From Nemertoderma westbladi (Eukaryota; Animalia; Xenacoelomorpha): 62,340 nucleotides of DNA. The notes under the pieces are model-generated. The model was not told where the DNA came from. It saw nothing but the letters and a program-made list of their open reading frames with translations, and did not search any database. Position 1 is the first letter of the stretch; each line of letters starts with the position of its first letter. The stretch is from NCBI GenBank assembly GCA_032718475.1, contig JAUCBJ010000103.1, forward strand, positions 1 through 62,340, read 5' to 3'. A program made the position numbers and the translations under genes. Positions 12,002 to 23,668 of the stretch are shown one piece after another.

Positions 12002-12465
12002 CTAATAACCCAAACAGCTAACCTAATAACCCAAACAGCTAACCTAATAACCCAAACAGCTAACCTAATAACCCAAACAACTAACCTAATAACCCAAACA
12101 GCTAACCTAATAACCCAAACAGCTAACCTAATAACCCAAACAGCTAACCTAATAACCCAAACAGCTAACCTAATAACCCAAACAGCTTAACCTAATAACC
12201 CAAACAGCTAACCTAATAACCCAAACAACTAACCTAATAACCCAAACAGCTAACCTAATAACCCAAACAACTAACCTAATAACCCAAACAGCTAACCTAA
12301 TAACCCAAACAACTAACCTAATAACCCAAACAGCTAACCTAATAACCCAAACAGCTAACTTAATAACCCAAACAGCTAACCTAATAACCCAAACAGCTAA
12401 CCTAACTCACCACTGTAACTGTATTGCCTAACTCACCACTGTAACTGTATTGCCTAACTCACCAT
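12002..12465. repeat. 21-bp minisatellite (about 19 copies) plus 26-bp duplications of the exon donor site
   Basis: Unit CTAATAACCCAAACAGCTAAC at 12002-12405. CCTAACTCACC (reverse complement of G|GTGAGTTAGG) recurs at 12401, 12427 and 12453. Confidence 0.95.
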
Positions 12466-12728
12466 TGTATAATTATCGATCAGCAACTCCACGATAACGT
12501 TTGCGAACTTTATGTCCATGATGGCGGCCATGGTCTCCACCTCGGGTCTCAACAAAGTCGGGCCGAAACAAACAGCGATATTCTGTCGCGTCATGCAGTT
12601 GGTGTCGCTATTGGCCGCCACCTTCTGTAGATGACACATGAGCAGCTTTAGGGAGGTGAAGTTTGTTTGCGGCAGCCGGTAAATCAGTCGATGTATAGCG
12701 ACGACACGATCTTCCCGATTATCCAACT
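12463..12728 (-). CDS. Graf: GRAF-family RhoGAP gene exon (GAP domain C-terminal half)
   Basis: Reads KLDNREDRVVAIHRLIYRLPQTNF...NIAVCFGPTLLRPEVETMAAIMDIKFANVIVELLIDNY, which includes the GRAF/oligophrenin signature AAIMDIKF. Acceptor TTTCTCTAG, donor GTGAGT. Confidence 0.92.
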
Positions 12729-13207
12729 CTAGAGAAATAAACCAAACAGTTACAATCCTCGATAAGATGTTTAATAATAGTGAATGGCGGAATTCTATGA
12801 TGTTACGGAAGGCCAAGGCGAGAGGAGCAAGATATATTTTTAATACGAGTTATGATGATTGCAAATCAAATTTAAGCAAAAAAACCTGTTCCAAAATAAG
12901 GAGTTAACAAAAGAAGATAAAATTATCTCCAGCGCAATTTGACTGCAAGTGAAATAAAGTCTTACAATCAGAAAAATTTGAAATATAATGATATGCATCA
13001 CTTTTGGTAAAAAATTGTCTGAAACAGTAACGGTTCAGACTCGACAAACATTACTTTGTTGTTTTACTCCTAAACATCAAGTTTTACAACTTTGAAGGAT
13101 TCAGGTTGTTCATTAGGGAAAAGAAGGTTGTAAGCTAGATTATCAGGAAAAGTTAACCGGCTTAGCATTATTTAGCATGTCTCGGTCAGCTTCAACGAAT
13201 TAGGTAG

Positions 13208-13749
13208 GGGGGCGTTCATAAAGTATGACACGCAAATTTTTCCGATGTTTGACCCCCCGCCTCCCCCTCTGTCACATTCGACACAATTTGAAATACCCCC
13301 CCCCCCCCCCCCACCCCCACCGCCCCGACAAAAAATATTTTATTGTAATAATACACAATGTTTGTTATGCCAAAATAAATATATAAAAAAAGATATCAAA
13401 ATACAATAAATCCAATCACTATCTACATTTTCCCACGGGCAAGTCAAGTGTTCTCATTCTATATTAATAACAGGTATTACAGTGTTGGAGTCAATGGCTT
13501 CTATGTCCTACTCAATTTATCGATTATACTCAATGTTATATTGAGTTTATTGTTTTCCTTAAAGTTACCCACTCTTCTACACATGTGCGAAAGTCAAAGC
13601 CAAGCTAAAATTAAAGCATAGAATATCGCAATGAACGTCACAAAAGTCGACTCCCCCCCCCCCCCCCCCCCTCTGTCACAAAATGTCAAGCAAGATCTAC
13701 CCCCCCCCCCCCCCCCCCCTCATGCGTGACATAATTTATGAACGCCCCC
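13208..13749. mobile_element. MITE, PIF/Harbinger-like, with poly-C subterminal tracts
   Basis: TIRs GGGGGCGTTCATAAAGTATGACACGC and GCGTGACATAATTTATGAACGCCCCC. Related copies lie at 14994-15105 and 60692-61135. The TSD is imperfect. Confidence 0.8.
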
Positions 13750-13899
13750 TTATAACTGTATCTATGCAATGTATCTATGCAACCACATTATGTACCAACC
13801 CAATTGTTTACGAGAATTAGTCAAATTTAATGGCGCATCTTTTGCAAAAATCGGCTGTTGCAATTAGATTTCAACTTTTCGATGTGGGTGCCACCTCAA

Positions 13900-14600
13900 A
13901 ATTTGGTCCCCAGCAGAATTTTTTTTGAAATTTTCGAATTTTACAAGGTCATTTGTGAGTTAGTAATTCTTTATGTTGGGGCTTTTTTTTATTGATTCTG
14001 ATTCGTATGGAGCACTCTACTACTCTATATAAGTATGTAAGGGAAGTGGTACGTCATTTTTGGTGCACTAAAATTAGGGCGTGGCACTTCCAATTTTCAA
14101 AATTGCAATATTCGTTAAATACTCCGAAGATTTGATTTCAACGCATTTTTATGGTTTTCCTGGCCTGCTTAATCGATTGAAAGTAATATAGAAGACTCAA
14201 TTCTTAGTGGTACGTCATTATTGGTACACCACAATTACGGCGTGGTACTTTTTCAAAATTTGAATAAGTGCCACTCCCTAATTTTGGTGCACCAAAAATG
14301 CCGAACCACTAAGTCTTCAGGCTTCTATAATACTTTCAATCGATTCAGCGGTCCAGAAAACCTATAAAAACGCGTTGAAATCAAAAGATGGGGGTAATTT
14401 TCCGAATATCGTGTTTTTCAAAATTTGAACTGCCACGCCCACTTCTTAGGTGCACGAAAAGTAGCATCCAGTTCAATTTTCGGAAATGGAATATAATCAC
14501 ATTCGATTCAGCGTTGTGAAAGACCTACTATCGCTAGCCAACAATGCCACACTATCAGTTTTTAGAATATCAAAAAAATTATATTTTGTCCTGGGACTGC
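13900..14600. mobile_element. Fold-back / palindromic DNA-transposon relic
   Basis: Long imperfect inverted repeats, e.g. 14047 GTGGTACGTCATTTTTGGTGCACTAAAATTAGGGCGTGGCACTT versus 14266 AAGTGCCACTCCCTAATTTTGGTGCACCAAAAATGCCGAACCAC. Confidence 0.55.
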
Positions 14601-14993
14601 TTCTATTTTTCATGAAAATTATTATACCCACCTTATGAAATTTAAATTTTTTTGGATGTGAAAATGTTCTTCGATAATTTTTTCACCTACAGCCCCAATT
14701 TCGTAGGATTTTATTGGATGATTACAAAAATACAGCGGGAGGCCGAATCGACCTCCCGCCAGTGCTGCTAATGGTCTAAACACCCCAGTGGTAATAGGGT
14801 TAAACCAAAAAAGTTGCAAACGTCTTCTATTTGATGACTTTATTGTTTTCGCCGACCAAGTAAACTTTGTAAAAATCAGCTGAGCCCCACAGGCCCCTGG
14901 CCCAGCTGGGGAGTGCAGGGGTTGCTGCGAAGGGATCAATACCACCACATTAATTTATTATGCACAATTTATCTAGTAATCAGCTGTTTTATG

Positions 14994-15022
14994 GGGGCGT
15001 TCATAAAGTATGTCACGCACTA

Positions 15023-15055
<33 letters not shown>

Positions 15056-15105
15056 GAGCTTGCTTGACATTTTGTGACAGAGGGGGGGAGGGGGGGTGTC
15101 GACTT
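14994..15105 (-). mobile_element. Terminal fragment of the 13208-13749 MITE family (inverted)
   Basis: Reverse complement of that element's right end (TIR, G tract, TTGACATTTTGTGACAGAGG, GTCGACTT). Confidence 0.7.
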
Positions 15106-15846
15106 CAGGGGCACCTTGTTACCCCTTGTTCAATTTTCCCCAACAATTTGTTCGCGCACCAACACTATTCACACATAAACGAAATGCTTTCATTCCTCAA
15201 ATTGAATGAAAATATAAAATAATTATGGCTATTGAACTCTCAGTCAGTCTCTCTTTTGAACACGCACGCGAATGAGTGAACATCAGAATATGTGGGTGCA
15301 GCAGCTGCCGGCCGGTGTGATACCGCCTATGCGGTATCAACCGATAGATGCGTGTTATAGTTGCCCCCGCCCGCAGTATTGCGTGTTGCATGTTCACATT
15401 CTTTACACCTACGCTCTGGCCATGCATATAACTTTACTATATAAATATTCAATTATATTACATGTTATCCAGCTTCCTTGAAAACCCATTTATATTGTTA
15501 GAATATTCGATGTATTCTATTCGATTTTATCTCGCTACCTTCAAAATCCATTTAGACATTCATTTCACATTACGGCTACGTGCGCTGTAGGTAAAAAAAC
15601 GGAAATCCGAACGTTAGGAAAAACACAGAGTAACTATTGATGAAATGAGCATGGAGGAAGGAGACCTCATTCCTCCTTGCCCATTTATCCTCCCCATTGC
15701 TTTCGACTACAAACTTGTATAAATAACTCAAGGGTGAATCAAATAATTATTCGATGGTGGCAAATGTTTCTTGCATGCAGCAAAGCATTTAAATAATTGT
15801 TTATTCCGTAGATTTGCGGTCGATTTCAGGCGCTGATCTCTTCACA

Positions 15847-16579
15847 ATGGCTCTACCAGAAATTAGAAAACATGTTCCCCATAAATCCTTCTACAAATGG
15901 GCATTGTCAACTGATAGCGAATGTGCGCAGAAAATTTTTTGAGGATTCCACGGAATACATCCAAAATGAGGCGTTTTACTCCGCCGACGTGGAGAGCATC
16001 AAGCGGAAGGATTATTGGGTTTGGCGATACATTCGCCACAATCGCAAAGCAGTCGATGTTTGCAGCGCCGCCGCGAAGAACATCCAGAAAAACTTCCGTT
16101 GGCGAAAAAAATTCGGTGTTAAAACGCGATGAATCCGTCGAAAGTGAACGAGCTGATATCGAGCAGCTGTTTTGCTTTAGGGAAAGTCGATGATGCTGGC
16201 AACAAGATATTGACCATAAGAAACAGACTCTACCACAAAAAACAAAGCGAAGATGCGAAACATCTGGTCATATTTATCATTGAGAATGAGATTTTGAATG
16301 AAATCGACGATCGCTAGAGATTGACGGTGTTATTTGATATAGACGGCGCAGGGATTAACAGTTTCGATTTCGGGCTGTTCAGTTTTACAGTCAAATGCCA
16401 TAAGAGTTTAAGATCAGTTGGCTTATATTCTTGTAAGCGAAATGCCGTATGCATTCGGCAACAACGTGGGAGTTATTCAAGAATTTGATTGTAGGTAAAC
16501 GCTGTTGCGCAAAGCATCATGTTCGTGCTGAATTGTGCTTATAAAATATGTGGATAAAATACAGCAATGGGCGGCTGAA
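15847..16579 (+). pseudogene. Intronless MOSPD2-like CRAL-TRIO (Sec14) domain pseudogene
   Basis: Fragments LIANVRRKF...DVESIKRKDYWVWRY...FRWRKKFGV, GKVDDAGNKILTIR, RLTVLFDIDGAGINSFDF, SEMPY and MGG match the MOSPD2 N-terminal CRAL-TRIO domain. There is a frameshift near 16129, a TAG at 16315 and further frameshifts. Confidence 0.75.
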
Positions 16580-17262
16580 AAGAAGATTGCGTTGAGCGCC
16601 AACGATAATTAACTCGTTTAACATAGTCCGTGTTGCTATTTTGTTTTAAGGCCTAAAATATAAATAACCACTGCTTAAATCTTATTGCATACGAAATATT
16701 GCGGGTTTAAGTGTCCGGTGTTCTAATTTAAGAGTCCGTGTTCCTATTTTACGTGACCATGTTCTCTTTTACAGGATTTTAGTTTCAATTTTGCCTAACT
16801 TTTCCGTGATATTTTCTTGAATTTTTGGAACAATTCTATGACTGCAGCGGTGTAATACATTTTTATAGAATATATTATATTTTCCGCATTATCTTATTCA
16901 TGACCGCTTTATTATATTCCTTATAAGTCACATAGATATAATTAGAGATTCTTTTTAATATCAAGATATCGGCAAGCTACCACATCAGGCAAATTACGGA
17001 CATATAGTTTTACATGCTTGTAGGTACATTTTATTCGCTTTTGACACCAGAAAAGACCATCAAACCCCCAAAAACTTTTGTGAAATCTTCAGAATCAGCA
17101 TGCATTATTATCGTTCCTGGGTGACCTTAATAATGGCAGCACTAAAATTTAAAAGTTCGAGCCCTGCATAGCAATACTACTAAAAATATTAAAGTTGTAA
17201 AACAAGAGAGAACACCTAATGCGTAAAGAGTAATTTAATTGCATGGCAAAACTATACACACA

Positions 17263-20200
17263 TCTGTAAGACGACCCACTTGCTCTGTAAGACCACCCAC
17301 TTGCTCTGGACGTCCACCAACTTGCTCTGTAAGACGACCCACTTGCTCTGTACGTCCACCCACTTGATCTGTAAGACCACCCACTTGCTCTGTACGTCCA
17401 CCCACTTGCTCTGTACGTCCACCCACTTGCTCTGTACGACCACCCACTTGATCTGTACGACCACCCACTTGCTCTGTAAGACGACCCACTTGCTCTGTAA
17501 GACGACCCACTTGCTCTGTACGACCACCCACTTGCTCTGTAAGACGACGACCCACTTGCTCTGTAACGACCGACCCACTTGCTCTGTAAGACGACCCACT
17601 TGCTCTGTAAGACGACCCACTTGCTCTGTAAGACGACCCACTTGCTCTGTAAGACGACCCACTTGCTCTGTAAGACGACCCACTTGCTCTGTAAGACCAC
17701 CCACTTGCTCTGTAAGACGACCCACTTGCTCTGTAAGACGACCCACTTGCTCTGTACGACCACCCACTTGCTCTGTAAGACGACCCACTTGCTCTGTAAG
17801 ACGACCCACTTGCTCTGTACGACCACCCACTTGCTCTGTAAGACGACCCACTTGCTCTGTACGACCACCCACTTGCTCTGTAAGACACGACCCACTTGCT
17901 CTGTAAGACGACCCACTTGCTCTGTACGACCACCCACTTGCTCTGTAAGAAGACCCACTTGCTCTGTAAGACGACCCACTTGCTCTGTAAGACGACCCAC
18001 TTGCTCTGTACGACCACCCACTTGCTCTGTAAGACGACCCACTTGCTCTGTAAGACGACCCACTTGCTCTGTAGGACGACCCATTTGCTCTGTAAGACGA
18101 CCCATTTGCTCTGTAAGACCACCCACTTGCTCTGAACGACCACCCACTTGCTCTGAACGACCACCCACTTGCTCTGAACGACCACCCACTTGCTCTGTAA
18201 GACGACCCACTTGCTCTGTAAGACGACCCACTTGCTCTGTAAGACCACCCACTTGCTCTGTAAGACGACCGACCCACTTTCTCTGTAAGAAGACCCACTT
18301 GCTCTGTAAGACCACCCACTTGCTCTGTAAGACGACCCACTTGCTCTGTACGACCACCCACTTGCTCGGTAAGACGACCCACTTGCTCTGTAAGACGACT
18401 CACTTGCTCTGTAAGACGACCCACTTGCTCTGTACGACCACCCACTTGCTCTGTAAGACGACCCACTTGCTCTGTAAGACGACCCACTTGCTCTGTACGA
18501 CCACCCACTTGCTCTGTAAGACGACCCACTTGCTCTGTAAGACGACCCACTTGCTCTGTAAGACGACCCACTTGCTCTGTAAGACGACCCACTTGCTCTG
18601 TAAGACCACCCACTTGCTCTGTAAGACCACCCACTTGCTCTGTAAGACGACCCACTTGCTCTGTACGACCACCCACTTGCTCTGTAAGACGACCCACTTG
18701 CTCTGTAAGACGACCCAGTAGCTCTGTACGACCACCCACTTGCTCTGTAAGACGACCCACTTGCTCTGTACGACCACCCACTTGCTCTGTAAGACACGAC
18801 CCACTTGCTCTGTAAGACGACCCACTTGCTCTGTAAGACGACCGACCCACTTGCTCTGTAAGAAGACCCACTTGCTCTGTAAGACCACCCACTTGCTCTG
18901 TAAGACGACCCACTTGCTCTGTACGACCACCCACTTGCTCTGTAAGACGACCCACTTGCTCTGTAAGACGACCCACTTGCTCTGTACGACCACCCACTTG
19001 CTCTGTAAGACGACCCACTTGTTCTGTAAGACGACCCACTTGCTCTGTAAGACGACCCACTTGCTCTGTAAGACGACCCACTTGCTCTGTAAAACGACCC
19101 ATTTGCTCTGTAAGACCACCCACTTGCTCTGTAAGACGACCCACTTGCTCTGTAAGACGACCCACTTGCTCTGAACGACCACCCACTTGCTCTGTAAGAC
19201 GACCCACTTGCTCTGTAAGACGACCCACTTGCTCTGTACGACCACCCACTTGCTCTGTAAGACGACCGACCCACTTGCTCTGTAAGAAGACCCACTTGCT
19301 CTGTAAGACCACCCACTTGCTCTGTAAGACGACCCACTTGCTCTGTAAGACCACCCACTTGCTCTGTACGACCATCCACTTGCTCTGTAAGACGTCCCAC
19401 TCGCTCTGTAAGCGAACGACCCACTTGTTGAGTAAGACCACCCACTTGCTCTGTAAGACGACATACTTGCTCTGTAAGACCACCCACTTGCTCTGTACGT
19501 CCACCCACTTGCTCTGTACGTCCACCCACTTGCTCTGTACGACCACCCACTTGCTCTGTAAGACCACCCACTTGCTCTGAAGACCACCCACTTGCTCTGT
19601 AAGACGAGCCACTTGTTCTGTAAGACCAACCACTTGCTCTGTAAGACGACCCACTTGCTATGTAAGACCACCCACATGCTCTGTAAGACCACGCACTTGC
19701 TCTGTACGACGACCGACTTGCTCTGTAAGACGACAGACTCGCTCTGTAAGACCAACCACTTGCTCTGTACGTCCACCCACTTGCTCTGTACATCCACCCA
19801 CTTGCTCTGTAAGACCACCAACTTGCTCTAAAGACCACCCTCTTGCTCTGTAAGACGACCCACTTGTTCTGTAAGACCACCCACTTGCTCTGTAAGACGA
19901 CCCACTTGCTCTGTAAGACCACCCACTTGCTATGTAAGACCACCCACTTGCTCTGTAAGACCACCCACTGGCTCTGTACGACCACCCACTTGCTCTGTAA
20001 GACGTCCCACTTGCTCTGTAAGACGACCCACTTGTTCAGTAAGACCACCCACTTACTCTGTAAGACGACCGACTTGCTCAGTAAGACCACCCACTTGCTC
20101 TGTACGTCCACCCCCTTGCTCTGTACGTCCACCCACTTGCTCTGTACGTCCACCCACTTGCTCTGTAAGACCACCCACTTGCTCTGAAGACCACCCACTG

Positions 20201-20321
20201 TAAGACGTCCCACTCGCTCTGTAAGACGACCCACTTGCTCAGTAAGACCACCCACTTACTCTGTAAGACGTCCCACTCGCTCTGTAAGCGAACGACCCAC
20301 TTGCTCAGTAAGACCACTTAC
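17263..20321. repeat. 21-bp minisatellite (about 145 copies) starting at the exon 20322 donor site
   Basis: Unit CCCACTTGCTCTGTAAGACGA; on the minus strand GCAA|GTGGGTCGTCTTACAGA, compared with the real donor GCAA|GTAAGTGGTCTTACTGA. Confidence 0.95.
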
Positions 20322-20465
20322 TTGCTGCATCGGAGAATGCGTCGTGTAGATGGTATGTAAATATTGGCTCCGGTAGGTTGCGGAGGTAATACTTCAAGGA
20401 ACTCGTTAACGTATTCGGCTCCAATTCCCTGTCATCCCAGTTAACTGAATCCGCTTTCTTTGAGT
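20322..20465 (-). CDS. Graf: GRAF-family RhoGAP gene exon (GAP domain middle)
   Basis: Reads DSKKADSVNWDDRELEPNTLTSSLKYYLRNLPEPIFTYHLHDAFSDAA (RhoGAP LK.YLR.LPEP motif). Acceptor TTTGTTTATAG, donor GTAAGT, phase 1/1. Confidence 0.92.
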
Positions 20466-20689
20466 CTATAAACAAAATATGGGTAACTCGGCGATTAATA
20501 TATCGTCTCGGCCAATAACAATGACAAGTGAATAGTGAAGGGGACGGAGCAGGTTACAGTGACATATTATTCTACCCAAAACAATAAACTGGAGTCAATA
20601 ATATAATGGGTTAGTTTAATTTATGCTAGCAATCAGCTGTTTTATTAATATTGTTATACTGAGTTCTGTACCGTAAAAAAAATTATCGT

Positions 20690-21660
20690 TCATTCTTGCA
20701 CCATTCTTGTTCATAATTGTGGTTGACTATGTTCTATGCATGTCCTTAGATCATCATAATGATGATGGCGATGGGGTGATGATAACTCCACCTACTGGCT
20801 CCAGGAGTCGAGGAAATCCTGCCAAGTACCTAACTGATCTAGACTTTGCTGATGACTTAGGAGTACTCTCAGAATCATTAGAGGGAGCCCAACGGCTCCT
20901 CAGCTCATTAGAGCTGCTTCTAGAGGTTGGTCTTTTTATTAACTCCAGAAAGACCAAAATTTTGACAGTTAACTTTGATAGTACTCAGCAAGTCTCTGAT
21001 CGGATGAGCATAAGCTCAAAGGATGGTATGCTTGAGCATGTGGACGACTTCTGTTACCTGGGATCATGGATCCGGAAGTCAGGTGAGGACCTTTGAATAC
21101 GTAAGGGAAAGGCATGGGTGGCCTTGAATAGGCTTTCCAGGATTTGGAAGTCACCGAGAATTAATCGGAAACTTAAGGTCTGATTACTTAGAGCAGCAGT
21201 TGTTCCAGTACTCCTCCATGGGAGTCCATGCTGGGCTCTAACTGCTGAGGACACCAAATCTCTGGTTGGCACATTCACAAGAATGCTACGCCGGGTTCAT
21301 TGTGTCAAGTACAATGCACACATCTCCAACCAGACACTATATAACATTGGAGGTGTCTCACTGGTTCCCCCAAGCTTGACACTAGAACAAAATCGCCTCC
21401 GCTTTGCAGGACATTGCTTTCGTTGTGAGGACCAGCCAGTGCATAATCTTGTACTTTGGCAGCCTCATGGAGAGAATAAGCATGGTGGACAGCCCATGAC
21501 TTTCTTGAGACGCATCTTAAAGGGCACTGGCCTTGAAGATGCGGATGATCTAGCAAATGTCATGGGTGACAGGGAGTTGTGGCGGCGCAATTTTGTCGAC
21601 AAGCCGGCACAGCATTCTTAAAAATGCAGCTGCAATGCAGCATGCCGATCCTAGTAGTAA
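20690..21660 (+). mobile_element. 5'-truncated, degenerate RTE-clade LINE (RT C-terminus)
   Basis: LFIIVVDY, LDFADDL, FCYLGS and RLRFAGHCFR motifs with stops/frameshifts; short TAG-repeat tail near 21652. Confidence 0.85.
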
Positions 21661-21721
21661 AAAAAAGTTACATTTAAAAAAAGTAAAAATTAATTAAAAA
21701 AAAAATTAAAAAAAACACTTA

Positions 21722-22561
21722 GGGGTCATCCATAAAAGACGTCCGAGCTAGAGGGGGGGGAGGGGGGTCGGCCAAATCCGGACATTTACGGACAGGGGGG
21801 GGGGGGGGGGGGGGGGGTGTAGCAAAATTCGGACGTCTGTTTTTAAATTTTTTATTGTCAACTTTGCAGCCCATATGGCCAAATGTAGTCTAAACTTAAC
21901 TTTGGGATGGGCACCTAGGCCCCGCATATTTAAAGTGAAAGTAAACGTTTCAGTTTCAAGTTTCAGAATCTGGGGAGACGGCCAACCTAACCCTTGATGG
22001 GTGTACCTGTACACTGTACAGTATACGTGAAGTTTATCATGTATTACAATGTATTAAGCCCGTACCGTAACGCTATATTATACTGGCTAATAAGTAGTTT
22101 CAGTTTGATAATGTACTGGTCAGTACTGCGGTCCCCTATTCTTTACTAGTGCCCACTCCCGGCAGGCCTAAGGCTGCACGATAAATAGGCTACCGGTACC
22201 GGTAATAACTCCCAGCAATGTCGGAATACAATAAATTTATCGAACTATATAGAAAGCGCATAGCGAGTTATCAAGAGAGAAGCAATTTGGGAGGAATCAT
22301 TCCTAGCTGACTCGTAAACTACAGTATTTTATATAGTTTTCTATATATATTAGTACTGTTAATATTAGTAGTCGCCCCCCTATTTGTACAATGTACAGCA
22401 ATAATTCGTGTATTTGTTTTCTGTTTTATTTTCTAAAATTCGGACGTCCGAATAGGGGGGAGGGGGGGGGGGGGGGGTCAAAAACCGGACATTCGCGGAC
22501 AGGGGGGAGGGGGGGGTCCAAAAATTCGGGATTTTCTCGGACGTCTTTTATGGATGACCCC
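21722..22561. mobile_element. PIF/Harbinger (Tourist-like) MITE
   Basis: 26-bp TIR GGGGTCATCCATAAAAGACGTCCGAG at both ends; TTA target-site duplication (21719-21721, 22562-22564). Confidence 0.9.
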
Positions 22562-22724
22562 TTATCGAGTTGAATTAATAAATAAAATCTAAACAGTATA
22601 GTAAACGGCCGAAAACCACCGCCCTATTGTATAAGAGGCGCTCAGTTAATATCACTGTACCCAAATTATTTATTTATATTACTTGTTTACTCGAACTTAG
22701 ATCAGAGAGTGATCAGTTACTTAC

Positions 22725-22905
22725 CCATGCACTTTGCCAATAGGTTATTAACCTTTCTAGCGGACCCAACCATTCTGTAGACCCCCTTCTCGTTAATGGC
22801 CCGTTTCTCCACGGCCGACATGCAGTTCCTCATAAAACGCAACCCCTTCTCGTCCAACGAACAGTCGAGGTCTCGCTTTCGGATTTTCTCGGGGCTCATA
22901 TAAAT
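22725..22905 (-). CDS. Graf: GRAF-family RhoGAP gene exon (GAP domain start, arginine finger)
   Basis: Reads IYMSPEK...FMRNCMSAVEKRAINEKGVYRMVGSARKVNNLL; the catalytic Arg is in GVYR. Acceptor TGTTTTCTAG, donor G|GTAAGT. Confidence 0.92.
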
Positions 22906-23030
22906 CTAGAAAACAGATACAACAGGTTAAATAGATAGCGAGTACGTCGGGGTCAGTTACATAATTAATTACAGACCTACCGGGAGACTGACATGACAGC
23001 CTGATTGTAGGGCCTGACATTCGAGAACCT

Positions 23031-23320
23031 GTACCGTATTTATTCGAATAAGAACCTGGGCGTTTAAGTTTATAATTTGCCAATTGGGTGGGCGTTTATT
23101 CGGGGAAGGCGTTTAAGTTCCAAATTGTGTGGTTCGAGTGGAGGCGTTTATTCGGGGAAGGCGTTTAAGTTCCAAATTGTCTGGTTCGAGTGGAGGCGTT
23201 TATTCGATGGGGGCGTTTATTCGGGGAAGGCGTTAAGATCCAAATTGTGTGGTTCGAGTGGAGGCGTTTATTCGAGTGGAGGCGTTTATTCGAGTGGAGG
23301 CGTTTATTCGGGGAAGGCGT
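23031..23320. mobile_element. DNA-transposon (Tc1/mariner-like MITE) end with GGCGTTTATTCG subterminal repeats
   Basis: TACCGTATTTATTCGAATAAGA terminus followed by repeated GGCGTTTATTCG motifs. The other end was not found. Confidence 0.5.
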
Positions 23321-23668
23321 GACATTTAAAGATGTCTCATGGATGGTACACAAAGGATCATCTTTTACTCAAAATTTCAGTATCACTAGTTCAACCGACT
23401 CACGCCAGAGGGGGCAATAAAAGTAGACCTACTTCTTTTTGTTTAATATGTTCAAGCTGAAACTTGACATATCGTGAAACGTGTCGTTTAAACGGGATCC
23501 CGATCCTACCACCAGTGTGTAATCAATTTACTGCCGGATCTAATATGCGGATGGGAAATGGATGCGGAATTTATACTAGGGTTACTTTACTTTAGTTTAT
23601 TGTTAGGGTTAATAATTTCTTTCAAATTTGAAGACTAAAATATTATAAATAATAAATATGGAAAGTTA

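Noticed and set aside
17149-20317. Long ORFs (up to 1006 aa) of LQSKWVV/TEQVGRL/LCKTTHL repeats
   Set aside because: They are translation artefacts of a 21-bp stop-poor minisatellite, open in several frames, and lie inside a Graf intron.
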